This document shows positions 62,845 to 64,000 of a stretch of DNA of 64,000 bases, piece after piece. Numbering within the stretch: position 1 is the stretch's first letter; every line of letters starts with the position of its first letter. Source of the stretch: an uncultured Gemmatimonadales bacterium (GTDB lineage: Bacteria > Gemmatimonadota > Gemmatimonadetes > Gemmatimonadales > Gemmatimonadaceae); NCBI GenBank assembly GCA_963701965.1, contig OY969695.1:1728001-1792000 (forward strand), written 5' to 3'. Below the pieces are notes generated by a model. It ran no database searches, was not told the origin of the DNA, and saw only the letters and a program-made list of their open reading frames with translations. The position numbers and the translations under genes were made by a program.

Positions 62845-64000
62845 CTAGGGCGCTATCCGATGCACGAACTTGACGGTGAACGTCGCGACCAATGGACGAT
62901 TGATCGCGCGGCTGTCCGGAAACCGAAAGCGCGAGAGCGGATCGGTCGTGTAACCGGAGTTCCACACGACGTACAGATCGTCCCCGATGACCGGAATCCA
63001 ATGGAACCGGAGGTCGAAATCGGTCCGATCGAGCGCGTTATCGTATTGCACGAATCCCAGGAAGTCCACGCGAGTCGTGAACGCGTACTCCAGCCGCCCG
63101 GTCGACTGAATGGCCACGAAATGGCCGACCGGCAACCCCACTTCGGTTCGCGAGAGGCTTCCGCCGACCATGAGGTGCCCACCTGACCGCCACGTCAGGC
63201 CGCCGTCGGTCTCGGTGCTGTGTCCGTTATAGAACGTGCCGGTGGAAACCAAGGCGAACCCGCTGAGCGGGCGGCCGAGGGAGGTCTGGTACTGCGCCCC
63301 TCCCTGCGTCCACCAATACCGCCCCGCCTGAATCGTCACGCCGCGAGAAATCGTGAACGTATCCGGCGGCGCGTCCATGTTCCGCAGGATCATCACCTGG
63401 AACTGGTCCCCATTGTTGAACGTCCCGCCGACCGGGTGCCACTCGATCACTGCATTCTGCCAGTCGCGCGCGTTCAGCAGCGACCCGTCGTGGTTGGCGT
63501 AGATGTCCCACGACGGCAGCAGGAAGTCGAACTGCCGGATTCCCAAGACATGTGGCCGTGGCATGAAGTCGATGTGCCCGTACGTTTCCCACGCGTCGGT
63601 CCGGCGCACGAAGCCGAGCGTCGGTGCGAACCCGGAATCGTAGCGCGCGATGGCAATGTTGTTGTCGAACAGGTCGTTCGGGAAATCCGTCGCAACTCGC
63701 CACGCCATAGGGGTGCCAGCGGTATCTGGTGTCCGCGTTCCCGCCACCCACACCGTCGGCTCGATGTTCTGACCCCCAACCACGAGCGGAAAATCGGCGT
63801 CGATGCCCGCCGCCAGGTCGCTCCCGTGCACACTCGACCCGGTGCGGGCGGTAACGATCGCGCCAATGTACGAGCGATCGAACAGGTCGCGTTTGATCCG
63901 CACGACGGCGTCGTTGGCGTCATCGATCCCGCCCGTCCGCGCGTCGAGGACGCCCACGGACCACGCGCCCATTTTCCCGTACAACCGGGCGCCGCCCAAG
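62845..64000 (-). CDS. DUF5916-like outer-membrane protein, 5' part outside the window
   Basis: GGARLYGK, F.PTLGFVRR, FVQYD, DDLYVVWN, terminal beta-strand; open to window edge. Confidence 0.75.
   Translation of the reverse strand, partial: LGGARLYGKMGAWSVGVLDARTGGIDDANDAVVRIKRDLFDRSYIGAIVTARTGSSVHGSDLAAGIDADFPLVVGGQNIEPTVWVAGTRTPDTAGTPMAWRVATDFPNDLFDNNIAIARYDSGFAPTLGFVRRTDAWETYGHIDFMPRPHVLGIRQFDFLLPSWDIYANHDGSLLNARDWQNAVIEWHPVGGTFNNGDQFQVMILRNMDAPPDTFTISRGVTIQAGRYWWTQGGAQYQTSLGRPLSGFALVSTGTFYNGHSTETDGGLTWRSGGHLMVGGSLSRTEVGLPVGHFVAIQSTGRLEYAFTTRVDFLGFVQYDNALDRTDFDLRFHWIPVIGDDLYVVWNSGYTTDPLSRFRFPDSRAINRPLVATFTVKFVHRIAP

Noticed and set aside
62760..62860. Intact tRNA gene
   Set aside because: No 5' acceptor strand, D-arm or 5' anticodon stem; the upstream sequence is the DUF5916 3' end
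1..64000. Many long antisense or alternate-frame ORFs (e.g. 9685-11409, 25046-27007, 30890-32860, 56022-57650)
   Set aside because: Shadow ORFs from high GC and codon bias, overlapping well-supported genes; Arg/Ala/Pro-rich with no motifs
1..64000. CRISPR array, rRNA, transposase or tandem DNA repeats
   Set aside because: None seen by eye; intergenic gaps are short and non-repetitive

Overview
High-GC bacterial chromosome segment. Gene content (SusC/SusD with ECF sigma/FecR, PadR-ADOP permeases, LVIVD and DUF5916 proteins) points to Gemmatimonadota or a relative; this is an inference. (1) 2.2-13.5 kb: an operon of ECF sigma, FecR, SusC and SusD whose cargo is not CAZymes but two His-rich LVIVD-type beta-propellers, a small secreted protein and a multicopper oxidase. 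(2) 13.6-22.6 kb: hydrolases, a peptidase, a class-V PLP enzyme, a bicupin, and APC and OPT transporters. (3) 22.6-34.5 kb: isatin hydrolase-like cyclase, IorAB and an anthraniloyl-CoA monooxygenase cluster with no CoA ligase, plus an internal promoter/operator. (4) 34.5-47.5 kb: antiporter, PadR/ADOP, catalase-like protein, amidases, kinase, Ni transporter and msrA. (5) 47.5-64 kb: single accessory genes mixed with abrupt gene remnants (FDH N-terminus, SPW, Crp, GlxA, MazF) and a tRNA-Arg 3' half resembling an att site. About nine isolated 1-nt frameshifts in otherwise intact genes look like long-read errors. No CRISPR array, rRNA or intact tRNA was seen. All family assignments come from motif recognition by eye, not database searches.
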